Notes under the pieces: generated by a model
The model's input: only the letters and a program-made list of their open reading frames with translations
Database searches by the model: none
Told to the model about the DNA's origin: nothing
Shown: positions 10,304 to 20,285 of the stretch, in pieces
Layout: the number at the start of each line of letters is the position of its first letter
Numbering within the stretch: the first letter of the stretch is position 1
Source of the DNA: an uncultured Acidimicrobiales bacterium
GTDB taxonomy: Bacteria; Actinomycetota; Acidimicrobiia; Acidimicrobiales; UBA10347
DNA length: 64,000 nt
Direction: 5' to 3'
Assembly (NCBI GenBank): GCA_943788915.1
Contig: CALSSD010000003.1
Coordinates: 198,663-262,662 of the forward strand
Translations under genes and position numbers: made by a program

Positions 10304-12010
10304 GTGGTGCGCGAACCGGCATGCTGTAGCCGTGTTTGGAAAACAAACGGCCCATCATGCTGCCGAGGACGCGTCGTGACCGGCGGGCGTCCACCCAGAG
10401 CAGAAGCAGACAACGCCACTCCCCCCGTTACATCGGATACTGCGCAGGGCTTGAAGCGGACATTAGGGCTCGGTCAGATCACTGCAAGTGGCGTGGGGAT
10501 CATTATCGGTGCCGGAATCTATGTGTTGTTGGGGGCTGCTACCGCCGAGGCCGGATCTGCCGTTTGGATCGCCTTTCTCGTGGCTGGGCTTTTGAGCGCC
10601 TTGACCGCATTGAGTTATTCCGAACTTGCCTCCATGTTCCCAAACGCTGGCGCCGAGTATGACTACACCCGTCGGGTCGCCCCCCAATGGTTGGCGTTTG
10701 TTGTTGGGTGGGTGATGATTGCCGGGCTGGTGGTTGCCGCTGCTGCAGTAGCGCTCGGGTTCGCGAGTTATCTGCGCTATTTCGTTGATATTCCAGTGCG
10801 CGTCGGAGCGTGGATACTCCTCGCTGTCGTCACCTCGGTTGCACTTACAGGTATTGAACAGTCGGCTCGACTTACGGTGACATTGAGCCTGATCCAAGTA
10901 GGTGGGTTGATCGCTATCGTCGCCATTGGGGTGCCTCACGTGGGCGACCACGACCTGACGGCCGGGTCTTCGACCGCTGGTGTCGTAACCGCCGCTGCAC
11001 TGGTGTTCTTCGCGTTTGTGGGCTTCGATGAAGTCATCACGCTGGCTGAAGAAACCACCGACCCAGCGCGCACCGTGCCTCGGGCGCTGCTGCTGGCACT
11101 CGGGCTCTCAACCGTGCTCTATATTGGTGTTGCGATCAGTGCTATCAGCGTGCTTGGTCCAGAAGCACTTGGCTCGTCAGAACAGCCGCTGGCCGATGTG
11201 GTTGGTGAGGCAATCGGGCCGGTCAGCGCAGCGGTAGTTGCGGTGGTTGCCATGGTTGCCACAACAAACACCAGCTTGTTAGCCGTCACTGCGGCATCCC
11301 GGCTCCAATATGGCATGGCTGACACGGGAGCCCTGCCAGCGCTATTTGGCCGCCTCAATGGTCGGCGAGCCCCCGGGGTAGCAATCGTCGTAACGGCTGC
11401 AGTGGCTGCGGTGTTTGTGATCCTTGGCGACTTGGCATTAGTGGCCAGTGTCACCGACTTCTCGGTGTATGTCGTCTTCATCGCCGTGAACCTCACCGTG
11501 ATTCTGTTGCGTTTGTGGCAGCCGAAGCGGCGACGACCCTTCAGAATTCGGGGGACGATTGGCAAGGTTCCGATTACCCCAGTGCTCGCGTTAGCGGCCG
11601 TCGGCCTGCTGTTGCCGTCGCTCGAAGCGTCGGCGCTGGTGCTCGGCACTGCCGTCCTGGTCGCTGGCGTTGCTGTCTACGCTCTCATCAAACGCCTCAG
11701 CCCCCAACCACCTACACCGGCACTTCTGCCCGAGGATGAAATGACGCCACGCACCAAGATCTCGGCCGCTGAGGCGGCCAAGGTCGCCGACATTCTTCGC
11801 ATCGATTTCGAGGTCGTCGGTTTCGACCTCGCTCAGTTTCATACCGGCATGACAACCGAACTCCAGCACGGCACTGGCGACCCTGATACGAACGTGACCA
11901 ACGACGACCTCGTCGCCACTGGAAAGCTGGCGTTGGCTCATCTCAACGAGATCGCTGACTATTACACCCGCCTCGCGGCCATGGAAGCCGAAGCTCGCGA
12001 CCAGGCCTAA
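10304..12010 (+). CDS. APC-family amino acid permease fused to a C-terminal DUF5661-like domain
   Basis: LKRTLG..GIIIGAGIY, YSEL..P.AG, FFAFVGF, EET.DP; soluble tail ELQHG..TNVTNDD..KLALAHLNE..DYY. Start may be 10377. Confidence 0.85.
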   Translation: MVREPACCSRVWKTNGPSCCRGRVVTGGRPPRAEADNATPPVTSDTAQGLKRTLGLGQITASGVGIIIGAGIYVLLGAATAEAGSAVWIAFLVAGLLSALTALSYSELASMFPNAGAEYDYTRRVAPQWLAFVVGWVMIAGLVVAAAAVALGFASYLRYFVDIPVRVGAWILLAVVTSVALTGIEQSARLTVTLSLIQVGGLIAIVAIGVPHVGDHDLTAGSSTAGVVTAAALVFFAFVGFDEVITLAEETTDPARTVPRALLLALGLSTVLYIGVAISAISVLGPEALGSSEQPLADVVGEAIGPVSAAVVAVVAMVATTNTSLLAVTAASRLQYGMADTGALPALFGRLNGRRAPGVAIVVTAAVAAVFVILGDLALVASVTDFSVYVVFIAVNLTVILLRLWQPKRRRPFRIRGTIGKVPITPVLALAAVGLLLPSLEASALVLGTAVLVAGVAVYALIKRLSPQPPTPALLPEDEMTPRTKISAAEAAKVADILRIDFEVVGFDLAQFHTGMTTELQHGTGDPDTNVTNDDLVATGKLALAHLNEIADYYTRLAAMEAEARDQA

Positions 12011-12013
12011 CCC

Positions 12014-12463
12014 CTACGAACTCGAGTCGACGCTGCGATCCTCAGGTATCACTGCGACAGGGCAATGTGCGTGGTGCACGACGTAGCTGCTTACTGAACC
12101 CAAGAGAAGTGTCGGGACGCTGCTATGCCCACGACGGCTGACAACCACAAGATCGACTTCTTGTGACAACTTGGCCAGCCACTTTCCGGGGTGGCCGTAG
12201 TACGACACCCGCTCGATGGCGGCATCGGGCTCTATGCCAAGTTCTCTCACAACGCTCTCGACGGTGTCTGCGACAAATTGATCAGCCTCAGGACGCAGAG
12301 CTTCTATCTCCGATAGCGGGACCAGGTGGGGCAGCGCTCCCCGATACACCTGCCACACGTATACGGCTCGAATGAGATCGCCCGTAGACGAATGACGAAT
12401 CGCCCACCGCAGCGCGTTCATCGACCCGGCCGAACCATCTATGCCTACGACAATTATTCGCAC
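12014..12463 (-). CDS. Universal stress protein
   Basis: IVVGIDGS..AL.WA; LLLGSVS..VVHHAHCPVAVIP. Confidence 0.92.
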   Translation of the reverse strand: MRIIVVGIDGSAGSMNALRWAIRHSSTGDLIRAVYVWQVYRGALPHLVPLSEIEALRPEADQFVADTVESVVRELGIEPDAAIERVSYYGHPGKWLAKLSQEVDLVVVSRRGHSSVPTLLLGSVSSYVVHHAHCPVAVIPEDRSVDSSS

Positions 12464-12703
12464 TCTGCCAGTATCGCCGCTCAGGTGTGGTCACGTTGTC
12501 TTTGCCATCGGGACAGGTCTCGCACGTCGCTGCGTAATCGTTAGGACGTGGCTGGGCCGATGACGTTTATTGTTCTGCTCCGCTGTTGCGGGCCGGCGGT
12601 CACGATAGGGATCGGCGCCCGATTCGTACCAGGTCGCATGTCCCCGGTCGAGGAAATCGCAAATTCCCATGGGGCACTCCATGAGGCGCAGTAACGTCGG
12701 CGT

Positions 12704-13195
12704 GTGGAAACTCCAGAGAATTGGACATGGGCAGCTGAACCGATCGCGGCTGGTCCTTGTGTGCTGGTTGATGTCGATGGCGTGATCGCTGATGGATGGC
12801 ATCGCCAGCACTTCCTACAAAACGGTCAGAAGGATTGGAAGAGCTTCTTCGCTCACGCGTTTGGCGACACACCAATCGACGGGTCGGTTGCCCTAACGCA
12901 ACAGTTCGACTCAGACACCGTCGTCGTGTTACTCACTGCCCGGCCCCACAATCTGCACACCATCACGGTCGACTGGGTGCGCGAACACGGGCACCGGTGG
13001 GATCTACTGATCATGCGCCACCACAGCGATGGTGGGCTCTCGTCGCCGTCATTCAAACAACGGTCGGTGCATCAGCTCCGCGAGCGCGGCTTCGAGCCCC
13101 AACTAGCCATCGACGACGACCAGCGAAATGTCGATATGTTCCGCGGCGAAACTATCCCTTCGCTGTACCTGCACTCCGGTTACTACGAAGCCTGA
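12704..13195 (+). CDS. HAD-family phosphatase (polynucleotide 3'-phosphatase-like)
   Basis: DVDG motif I, LTAR motif II, LIMR..K, IDDD motif IV. Confidence 0.8.
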   Translation: METPENWTWAAEPIAAGPCVLVDVDGVIADGWHRQHFLQNGQKDWKSFFAHAFGDTPIDGSVALTQQFDSDTVVVLLTARPHNLHTITVDWVREHGHRWDLLIMRHHSDGGLSSPSFKQRSVHQLRERGFEPQLAIDDDQRNVDMFRGETIPSLYLHSGYYEA

Positions 13196-13206
13196 CCGCG
13201 AACACT

Positions 13207-13463
13207 CAGCTCCAACACGATGAGCGAAGCGAATCCGGACTCCCACGGACTACAACAGTCCCCGGGACCACAGACTATGCAGCTCCAACACGATGAGCGA
13301 AGCGAATCCGGACTCCCACGGACTACAACAGTCCCCGGGACCACAGACTATGCAGCTCCAACAGGATGAGCGAAGCGAATCCGGACTCCCACGGACTACA
13401 ACAGTCCCCGGGACCACAGACTATGCAGCTCCAACAGGATGAGCGAAGCGAATCCGGACTCCC
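13207..13463. repeat. Tandem repeat, 3.5 x 73 bp, REP-like
   Basis: Units start at 13207, 13280, 13353 and 13426; contain (G)GATGAGCGAAGCGAATCC and a GGACT-ACAAC-AGTCC hairpin. Confidence 0.92.
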
Positions 13464-13464
13464 C

Positions 13465-15459
13465 CTACCCCTCGTCGCTTTCGGCGGCTCCGGAGCGAAT
13501 GTCGTCGACGACAGAAGCGTCGGCAAGTGTGGTGGTATCACCCAGGTCACGACCTTCGGCCACGTCTCGGAGGAGGCGGCGCATGATCTTGCCTGACCGG
13601 GTCTTGGGCAGGTCGGGCACGATAAACACCGCCTTGGGACGAGCGATCGCGCCCAGCCTGGTCGCCACATGCTGCCGGATCTCCTCGGCCAGCTCGATCG
13701 AGGCCTCGTTCCCGCCGCGGAGAATGACGTAACCCACGATGGCTTGGCCGGTGGTGTCGTCGTCGGCTCCAACCACTGCTGCTTCGGCGACCGAAGGATG
13801 ATCAACCAGGCCGGACTCGATCTCCGATGTCGAAATACGGTGACCGCTGACGTTCATGACATCGTCCACCCGGCCAAGGAGCCACAGGTACCCGTCGGCG
13901 TCGAGGCGAGCTCCATCGCCAGCAAAGTAACGGCCGGGGAACCGTGACCAGTACGTCTCTTGGTAACGATCGGGGTCACCCCAGATGCCTCGCAGCATAG
14001 CTGGCCACGGCTTAGCGATCGTCAGGTAACCCCCACCCTCGGGCACAACATTGCCAGCATCATCGACGAGCTCGGCTGTGACACCCGGAATGGTTGAGCA
14101 CGCAGAGCCTGGTTTGGTGGCGGTAACTCCTGGCATCGGGGTAATCATGTGACCCCCCGTTTCGGTCTGCCACCAGGTGTCGACGATCGGGCGCGAACTT
14201 CCGCCGATGTGTTCGTGATACCACATCCACGCTTCGGGGTTGATGGGCTCACCCACGGTGCCCAGAACACGCAGGGTGCTCAGGTCATGTCCAGCGAGCT
14301 CCTCTGTGCCCCACTTCATGAACGTTCGGATTGCTGTCGGAGCGGTGTAGAGCTGGGTCACGCCGTAACGTTCGATGATGTCCCAGAGGCGGTCCTTGCT
14401 CCAGCTCGAGCGGTCCTCGCCTGAGCGGTCCTGCTCGCGTGGCGTATCCGGTGTGCCTTCGTAGAAGACTGATGTACAACCATTGGCCAACGGTCCGTAC
14501 ACGATGTAGCTGTGGCCCGTGACCCAGCCGATATCGGCGGCGCACCAGTAGACATCGGTGTCGGGCTTGAGATCGAAGATGTATTTGTGGGTGAACGCCA
14601 CCTGGGTGAGATAACCCCCGGTGGTGTGCATAATGCCTTTCGGTTTGGCAGTCGTGCCCGACGTGTACAGCAAGTACAGCAGCTGTTCGCTGTCGAGAGG
14701 CACCGGAGGGCACTCGCTGCTGGCATCGGCCATCAGGTCGTGCCACCAGTGGTCTCGACCCTCGGCCATGGTCACATCGGTATCGCACCGGTTGACAACG
14801 ATCACATTCTCGATAGTGGCCGCACCTGCATCGAGAGCGGCATCGACATTCACCTTGAGAGCCGAGGGGGCACCCCGGCGATAACCAGCGTCGGCGGTGA
14901 TGATCAGCCGTGCTTGTGCATCGTCGCAGCGATCGACAATCGCGTCGGGCGAGAACCCGCCAAAGATCACCGAGTGGGCAACACCGATACGGGTGCACGC
15001 CAACATGGCGATAGCGAGCTCTGGGATCATGGGCATATAGATCGCTACGCGATCGCCAGCGGTCAGACCCAGACCTTTCAGTACGTTGGCGAACTTGGAG
15101 ACCTCGTCGAGCAGACCGCTATAGGTGATCGTTCTGGTATCGCCCGGTTCGCCCTCCCAATGATAGGCGACCTTGTCGCCCTTGCCAGCCTCGACGTGAC
15201 GGTCGAGGCAGTTGTAGCTGACGTTGAGCTTGCCGCCAACGAACCATTTCGCATAGGGAAGCTGCCAGTCGAGCACTTGGTCAAAGTCCTGGTCCCAGCT
15301 GATCAACTCCCGTGCCTGGCGGGCCCAGAAGCCCTCGAGATCAGCTTCGGCCTCGTCGTACAGCGACCGGTCGTTTACCAACGCTGCACCGGCGAACTCG
15401 GCCGACGGTGGAAACTGGCGATCCTCGGTCTCGTACACCTCGATAGTTGCATCACTCAT
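13465..15459 (-). CDS. acs: Acetyl-CoA synthetase
   Basis: YTSGTTAKPKG, DTWWQTETGG and PKTRSGKIMRR motifs. Confidence 0.96.
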   Translation of the reverse strand: MSDATIEVYETEDRQFPPSAEFAGAALVNDRSLYDEAEADLEGFWARQARELISWDQDFDQVLDWQLPYAKWFVGGKLNVSYNCLDRHVEAGKGDKVAYHWEGEPGDTRTITYSGLLDEVSKFANVLKGLGLTAGDRVAIYMPMIPELAIAMLACTRIGVAHSVIFGGFSPDAIVDRCDDAQARLIITADAGYRRGAPSALKVNVDAALDAGAATIENVIVVNRCDTDVTMAEGRDHWWHDLMADASSECPPVPLDSEQLLYLLYTSGTTAKPKGIMHTTGGYLTQVAFTHKYIFDLKPDTDVYWCAADIGWVTGHSYIVYGPLANGCTSVFYEGTPDTPREQDRSGEDRSSWSKDRLWDIIERYGVTQLYTAPTAIRTFMKWGTEELAGHDLSTLRVLGTVGEPINPEAWMWYHEHIGGSSRPIVDTWWQTETGGHMITPMPGVTATKPGSACSTIPGVTAELVDDAGNVVPEGGGYLTIAKPWPAMLRGIWGDPDRYQETYWSRFPGRYFAGDGARLDADGYLWLLGRVDDVMNVSGHRISTSEIESGLVDHPSVAEAAVVGADDDTTGQAIVGYVILRGGNEASIELAEEIRQHVATRLGAIARPKAVFIVPDLPKTRSGKIMRRLLRDVAEGRDLGDTTTLADASVVDDIRSGAAESDEG

Positions 15460-15625
15460 TGGTTCTTTGACTCCCCAGTCATGAATGGTCCTTATTCAAT
15501 GGACCGGTGCCCAACTGTAGACGAGCACCCATGTCGACACGAAGGCCGGGCCCGGACGCGACCCAGGGATGGCACATGGCCATCCCTGTTAGACGATCTG
15601 GTCTGTAGCAGCAGACGCTGCAACA

Positions 15626-15982
15626 TCACTTCGCTAGCGAGTCACGGATCTGCGTCAGCAGGTCGATGTCTGTGGGGGCTGCATCTTCGTCTGACGCGCT
15701 GGTGGCGTTGTTGTACGCCTTAACCATCATGAAGACAACAGCTGCGACTGCGAGGAAAGACACGATCGCGGTAATGACCGTACCGATCAGGATCTCAGCG
15801 TCGCCGATGCCGATAGTGATGCCGTCAAAGTTTGGTTCGCCCACGATCGCAGCGATAATCGGCATTAAAATGCCATCGATGATTGCGGTGACAACCGGCA
15901 CGAACGCCAATGCCATGATGAGACCAACAGCGGCTTCGAAGATGCCGCCTTTTTGGACAAAGTCTTTGAATTCTTGGAGCAC
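15626..15982 (-). CDS. mscL: Large-conductance mechanosensitive channel
   Basis: EFKDFV.KG..AVG; C-terminal LLTQIRDSL. Confidence 0.92.
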   Translation of the reverse strand: MLQEFKDFVQKGGIFEAAVGLIMALAFVPVVTAIIDGILMPIIAAIVGEPNFDGITIGIGDAEILIGTVITAIVSFLAVAAVVFMMVKAYNNATSASDEDAAPTDIDLLTQIRDSLAK

Positions 15983-16077
15983 GATGTTTGCCTCTTGTTC
16001 TGGATGTGCATGGGCTTAGGAGGTCGCACACGATGGTGACCAGATCCCTAAGCAATGCCACCAATCACATCTGCGAT

Positions 16078-16095
16078 ATGTGACATCTTTCACAA
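16078..16095. promoter_or_regulatory. CRP/GlxR-type (or Rex-like) site upstream of mscL
   Basis: TGTGA-CATCTT-TCACA at 16079-16094, an exact TGTGA-N6-TCACA match. Confidence 0.55.
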
Positions 16096-16293
16096 TCTTA
16101 GACGAGCGAGCTCCCGCCGTCGGGCACGGTCGCCACCACGACAATACCCAGGCCGGACCGCTGCGTTGCCGGTAGCGGATCAGAAGCCGCCGCCACGCAC
16201 TTGCGGCGGGCACACCAAGGCCCTTCACCGACAACGTGAGGATCTGCGGGCCATAGGCGAAACAAGCACTCAGCTTGAGCCGAATGCCGTCAG

Positions 16294-16917
16294 CTAGCCC
16301 CAGCCCAGACCGACGACGAACCCGGCCTGACCCAGGTGATACAGCACGTGCACTACGACTCGTCGGCCTGGGGCCGGCAGGACAAAACGATCCAGTCCAA
16401 GCAGCCCATCCGAGGTCGCAAATAACACCCCGCCTACAGCAATCGGCCACCGATGGGTTGCGGTAGCAAATATGACGACGGTTACTGTCATTGCTAGGTA
16501 GGCGCTGACGGGCACCGCGAATGGCCCGCCACGGACCCGCTGCATGATCGGCCAACCGAGATAGAGCAACAACACCGCTGCAGCCGCGCAACCGCCGACG
16601 ATGCCGATGAACGCCAAGTCCATCGTGGCAAAACCCGCCACATAGAAGCCGTGACCTAGCAGGAACGCACCAAGGCCAGCGAGGAACCGATCAACTTGGG
16701 GTAACAAGAAGATGTCACCGGCGAGGCCAAACGCAAGTCCAACGACCACCAGCCATCTTGCAGCTGAGGGGTCTGCATCGATGCCGAGCGCCAGAAGGAT
16801 GAACGCAACCATGACCGCTGGTTTGGCGACCTGCTCGACCCGGGGCAACGCCCGCCACACCGAGAACCAGTCGATTGCAGCCAAACCAGCTGCGACCAGC
16901 CCGAGAAACACCATCAC
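16294..16917 (-). CDS. YhhN/lysoplasmalogenase family membrane protein
   Basis: KP..M, GDIFLL, GLGAFLLGH..Y, LF..SD, Y..GQ motifs. Confidence 0.88.
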   Translation of the reverse strand: MMVFLGLVAAGLAAIDWFSVWRALPRVEQVAKPAVMVAFILLALGIDADPSAARWLVVVGLAFGLAGDIFLLPQVDRFLAGLGAFLLGHGFYVAGFATMDLAFIGIVGGCAAAAVLLLYLGWPIMQRVRGGPFAVPVSAYLAMTVTVVIFATATHRWPIAVGGVLFATSDGLLGLDRFVLPAPGRRVVVHVLYHLGQAGFVVGLGWG

Positions 16918-16968
16918 GAATAAAAGATTTCCTTGGGTGGCTCACCGACGGCGAGCCGTGCCCCGTGG

Positions 16969-18534
16969 TTAGCCGCCGACCGCAGCAGCCATACCTGGCA
17001 CGTCAACATCGCTGAAGTGGGTGATCATGCCGGGATACACCCCGAACGCAATCGTGGCCACAGCGGTGATCCCAACCGCTGCTTGCAGGGCGAATGGCAC
17101 CTTGATTGGTGTTGTTGCAAATTCAGTAGGTGCATCCTCGAACCACATACGTGAGGCGAGTTTGCCGTAGTAACCGAACGCAACCACCGTATTTACCGCA
17201 GCGAGGGTGGCAAGCACATAGGCCCACCACACGTCGGCTTCGATGAGCGCAGTAAACACACCGAACTTGGCGAACCAACCACCGAGCGGAGGGATACCAG
17301 CAAGTGAAGCAAGGAAGATCGTCATGACCACAGCCAGCGCCGGTGACCATTGGAACAGCCCATTGAAGCTGCTGATCTGAGCCGATGCCGTGCGACGTGC
17401 GACCGTCAGGATGATGGCGAACGCACCCAGGTTCATTGCCGCATAGATGATCAGATAGGTGACCACGGCTGAAGCCGAGCGCTGTGCAGTGTCACCTTCG
17501 CCTGCCACCGACAGCGCTGCCAGCATGAAACCTGCTTGGGCAACGCCGGAGTAGGCCATGAGGCGGATCAAGTTGTCTTGACGCAACGCAGTGAGATTAC
17601 CGATCGTCATCGACAGTGCGGCGAGGATCCAGAGGGCAGGTGCGTAAACCGCATTCTGGCTGTGGAATCCGACAAAGATCAGGTTCATGAGCGCTACAAA
17701 ACCAGCAGCTTTTGCTGCCACTGCTAGGAACGCTGTGACCGGTGTCGGAGCACCTTCGTAGGTGTCTGGGGCCCACAGGTGAAAGGGAACTGCGGACACC
17801 TTGAACGCAAAGCCGACAATGACCAACACGATGCCGAGGCTCACGATCGCCACCTGACCCTGCTGGTTGGAGATGTCTTCGAGTGATGCGTTGATCTCTG
17901 ATAGGACCGTGGATCCGGTGACACCAAATAGCAGCGACATGCCGTAGAGCATGAGTGCACTAGCGAACACACCGTTGAGGTAGTACTTCAGGCCAGCTTC
18001 ATTGCTGCGAATGTCACGCTTGCGCCATGTCGCCATCAGGTAGGCCGGGATCGAGAGCAACTCGAGTGCGACAAACACGGTGACCAGATCTCGTGCCGAG
18101 GCCATGACAACCATGCCCAACAACGACGAGATGAGCATGCCGTAGTACTCGCTCTCCCAGTAGTCACCCTCGGCGATGTAGTTCGTCGACATCAGCACGA
18201 TCATGTAGCCAATGAGGATGAACAATGCCTTCAGAATCAGCGAGTAGCCATCGACAACATAGATGTCGCTACCGGCAAACGCCTGACGAGGATTTGATGC
18301 GACTCCGTCGACGGCCAAGGTAACGATCGGGATGAGCACCGTGAGCAGGCCAAGGCTCGCGATGGTTGGTGAGATCTTGCGACCCTTTTCAAGGAACACG
18401 ACGTCGATCAGCGTGACGAGTGCGCCCACGGCGAGCAAGGTCAGCTCAGGCGCCAGCGCATGCCAGTCGATATCGGGCCGGACAAAGTCAGCCTGTTGGA
18501 GGAACCCGAGCATCGGGTTGAGGGCGGCAAACAT
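16969..18534 (-). CDS. nuoN: Complex I subunit N (11-subunit cluster)
   Basis: EAGLKY; FKVSAVPFHLWAPDTYEGAP; SLAGIPPL.G..K. Confidence 0.95.
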   Translation of the reverse strand: MFAALNPMLGFLQQADFVRPDIDWHALAPELTLLAVGALVTLIDVVFLEKGRKISPTIASLGLLTVLIPIVTLAVDGVASNPRQAFAGSDIYVVDGYSLILKALFILIGYMIVLMSTNYIAEGDYWESEYYGMLISSLLGMVVMASARDLVTVFVALELLSIPAYLMATWRKRDIRSNEAGLKYYLNGVFASALMLYGMSLLFGVTGSTVLSEINASLEDISNQQGQVAIVSLGIVLVIVGFAFKVSAVPFHLWAPDTYEGAPTPVTAFLAVAAKAAGFVALMNLIFVGFHSQNAVYAPALWILAALSMTIGNLTALRQDNLIRLMAYSGVAQAGFMLAALSVAGEGDTAQRSASAVVTYLIIYAAMNLGAFAIILTVARRTASAQISSFNGLFQWSPALAVVMTIFLASLAGIPPLGGWFAKFGVFTALIEADVWWAYVLATLAAVNTVVAFGYYGKLASRMWFEDAPTEFATTPIKVPFALQAAVGITAVATIAFGVYPGMITHFSDVDVPGMAAAVGG

Positions 18535-18537
18535 GGG

Positions 18538-20271
18538 TCAGTTCCCCGAAGCCATTTCCGCGTTCGCTTCGATCTTGTCGAGCGTGCCGTCACGCAGCAT
18601 GTCGAAACACTCGACGCCTTCCTCAGATTCGAGACAACCGTCCTCGACCATCTTCAGACAGCTCTCAAGCGCATCAGAGCCAGGCTCAAGGTCGTAGCAG
18701 CCCATATCTTCGGCCCGCATTTCGATGGACAGTGATTCCTGCACCGCGTCATCGGACAGGTTGAAGATCAGGTTGGGGTAGAAACCGAATACCACGATCA
18801 ACAGCAGGAATGGACTCCACGAGATCCATTCGAACTTCGATACGTCGCGAATGTGTGGGTCGTTCTCGAACTCTTCGGTTGGCGTACCGAATGCGGTCTT
18901 CTGGACCATCCACAGCAGGTAACCCGCTGCAAGGACGGTGCCGAGAGCCGCGACCACCATGTAACTACGCCACACGGCATCAGAAAGAATCGCTGCCGGG
19001 CTGTACGACGCCAGGATTGCGGGGAATTCGCCCCAGAAACCAGCGAGGCCGGGAAGACCAAGTGATGCCATCGAAGCGAAGGCCAGTATCCACCCCATCT
19101 TGGGGGCTTGCACCAGCAAACCGCCGAGACGGTTCATATCGAGGGTGTGGTACCGGTCCTTCATCGAACCAGCGACGAAGAACAACATGCCGGTGATGAG
19201 GCCGTGTGAGACCATGCCGAAGACTGCAGCGTTGATGCCAAAGTCGGTCAGGGTGGAGATACCCAGCATGACGAAACCCATGTGCGCAACCGATGAGAAG
19301 GCGATCAAACGCTTCATATCGGTCTGGGCCAGACAACCAAGCGCACCGTAGATGATGCCGATGACAGCCAGCAGGCCAATGACCGGGGCCCAGGCAGCGG
19401 CTGCTTCAGGAAGGAAAGGGATAGCGATACGGATGAAACCGTAGGTACCAAGCTTCAGCAGCACGGCAGCAAGGATGACCGAACCAACGGTTGGCGCCTG
19501 GGTATGGGCATCGGGCAGCCATGTGTGGAACGGGAACATTGGCACCTTGACACCGAAGCCCAGGAACATGCCGCCGAAGATCCACAGCTGTGCGTTGCGG
19601 CTGATACCCGATGTGGCACCGCTGGAGAGCGCTCGCATGTCGAAGGTGTTGACGGTCGGTGATGCCATCTCAGCGATCGTGCCGTTGGCCAAGAAGAAGA
19701 CGGCCAGGAAGCTGACCAACATGAGCGCCGAACCGAACAGTGTGTACAAGAAGAACTTCAGTGATGCGTAGCGGCGGTCGTCGCCACCCCAGACACCGAT
19801 GAGGAAGAACATCGGAAGCAGCACAACTTCGAAGAAGACGAAGAACAGGATCAAGTCCTGGGCAACGAATGAGCCGATCATGCCGGTCTCAAGGACCAGA
19901 ATCAGCGTGAGGAACGTCTTGGGGTTATGCGGCTCCGGGAAGTGGCCGAACGAGTAGATGATGCACAACGGCACCACACCAAGCGTGAGCATCAACAGCG
20001 GGAGCGACATGCCGTCGAGGCCGACGATGAACCGGCTGTTGATGACGCTGATCCAGTCCTTGTCGACCAAGAACTGCAGTGTGCCTGCGTCGTCGTAGTC
20101 GAAGTTGATCAGCAGCAGTACGCCCAAGGCAGCAGTGATAAGCGATGTGCCGAGGGCAATCGTCTTATGTGCCGATTCTTCTTCTTTGGGCGTAGCCATC
20201 ATTACCAAAGCACCGACCAGCGGGATAAAGGTAACGAGGGCGAGGCCCCAATCATTGAGAAAAGTATCCAT
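18538..20271 (-). CDS. nuoM: Complex I subunit M (11-subunit cluster) with a Cys-containing C-terminal extension
   Basis: KVPMFPFHTWLPDAH; LKLGTYG; SSVAHMG; GLPGLAGF.GE. Confidence 0.95.
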   Translation of the reverse strand: MDTFLNDWGLALVTFIPLVGALVMMATPKEEESAHKTIALGTSLITAALGVLLLINFDYDDAGTLQFLVDKDWISVINSRFIVGLDGMSLPLLMLTLGVVPLCIIYSFGHFPEPHNPKTFLTLILVLETGMIGSFVAQDLILFFVFFEVVLLPMFFLIGVWGGDDRRYASLKFFLYTLFGSALMLVSFLAVFFLANGTIAEMASPTVNTFDMRALSSGATSGISRNAQLWIFGGMFLGFGVKVPMFPFHTWLPDAHTQAPTVGSVILAAVLLKLGTYGFIRIAIPFLPEAAAAWAPVIGLLAVIGIIYGALGCLAQTDMKRLIAFSSVAHMGFVMLGISTLTDFGINAAVFGMVSHGLITGMLFFVAGSMKDRYHTLDMNRLGGLLVQAPKMGWILAFASMASLGLPGLAGFWGEFPAILASYSPAAILSDAVWRSYMVVAALGTVLAAGYLLWMVQKTAFGTPTEEFENDPHIRDVSKFEWISWSPFLLLIVVFGFYPNLIFNLSDDAVQESLSIEMRAEDMGCYDLEPGSDALESCLKMVEDGCLESEEGVECFDMLRDGTLDKIEANAEMASGN

Positions 20272-20285
20272 GAATATCTAGACCC

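Noticed and set aside
12491..12700. Small minus-strand ORF between usp and the HAD gene
   Set aside because: No recognisable motif; more likely a divergent promoter region
13207..13463. CRISPR array
   Set aside because: The would-be spacers are identical and no cas genes are in the window
14512..15723. Long antisense ORFs (also 1580-2620, 2344-3282, 34284-35468, 49998-51104)
   Set aside because: Shadow ORFs of well-supported genes, expected in GC-rich DNA
16279..16301. c-di-AMP (ydaO) riboswitch 3' motif CCGAATGCCGTCAGCTAGCCCC
   Set aside because: 5' conserved elements not found, no downstream + strand gene, and it overlaps the YhhN stop codon
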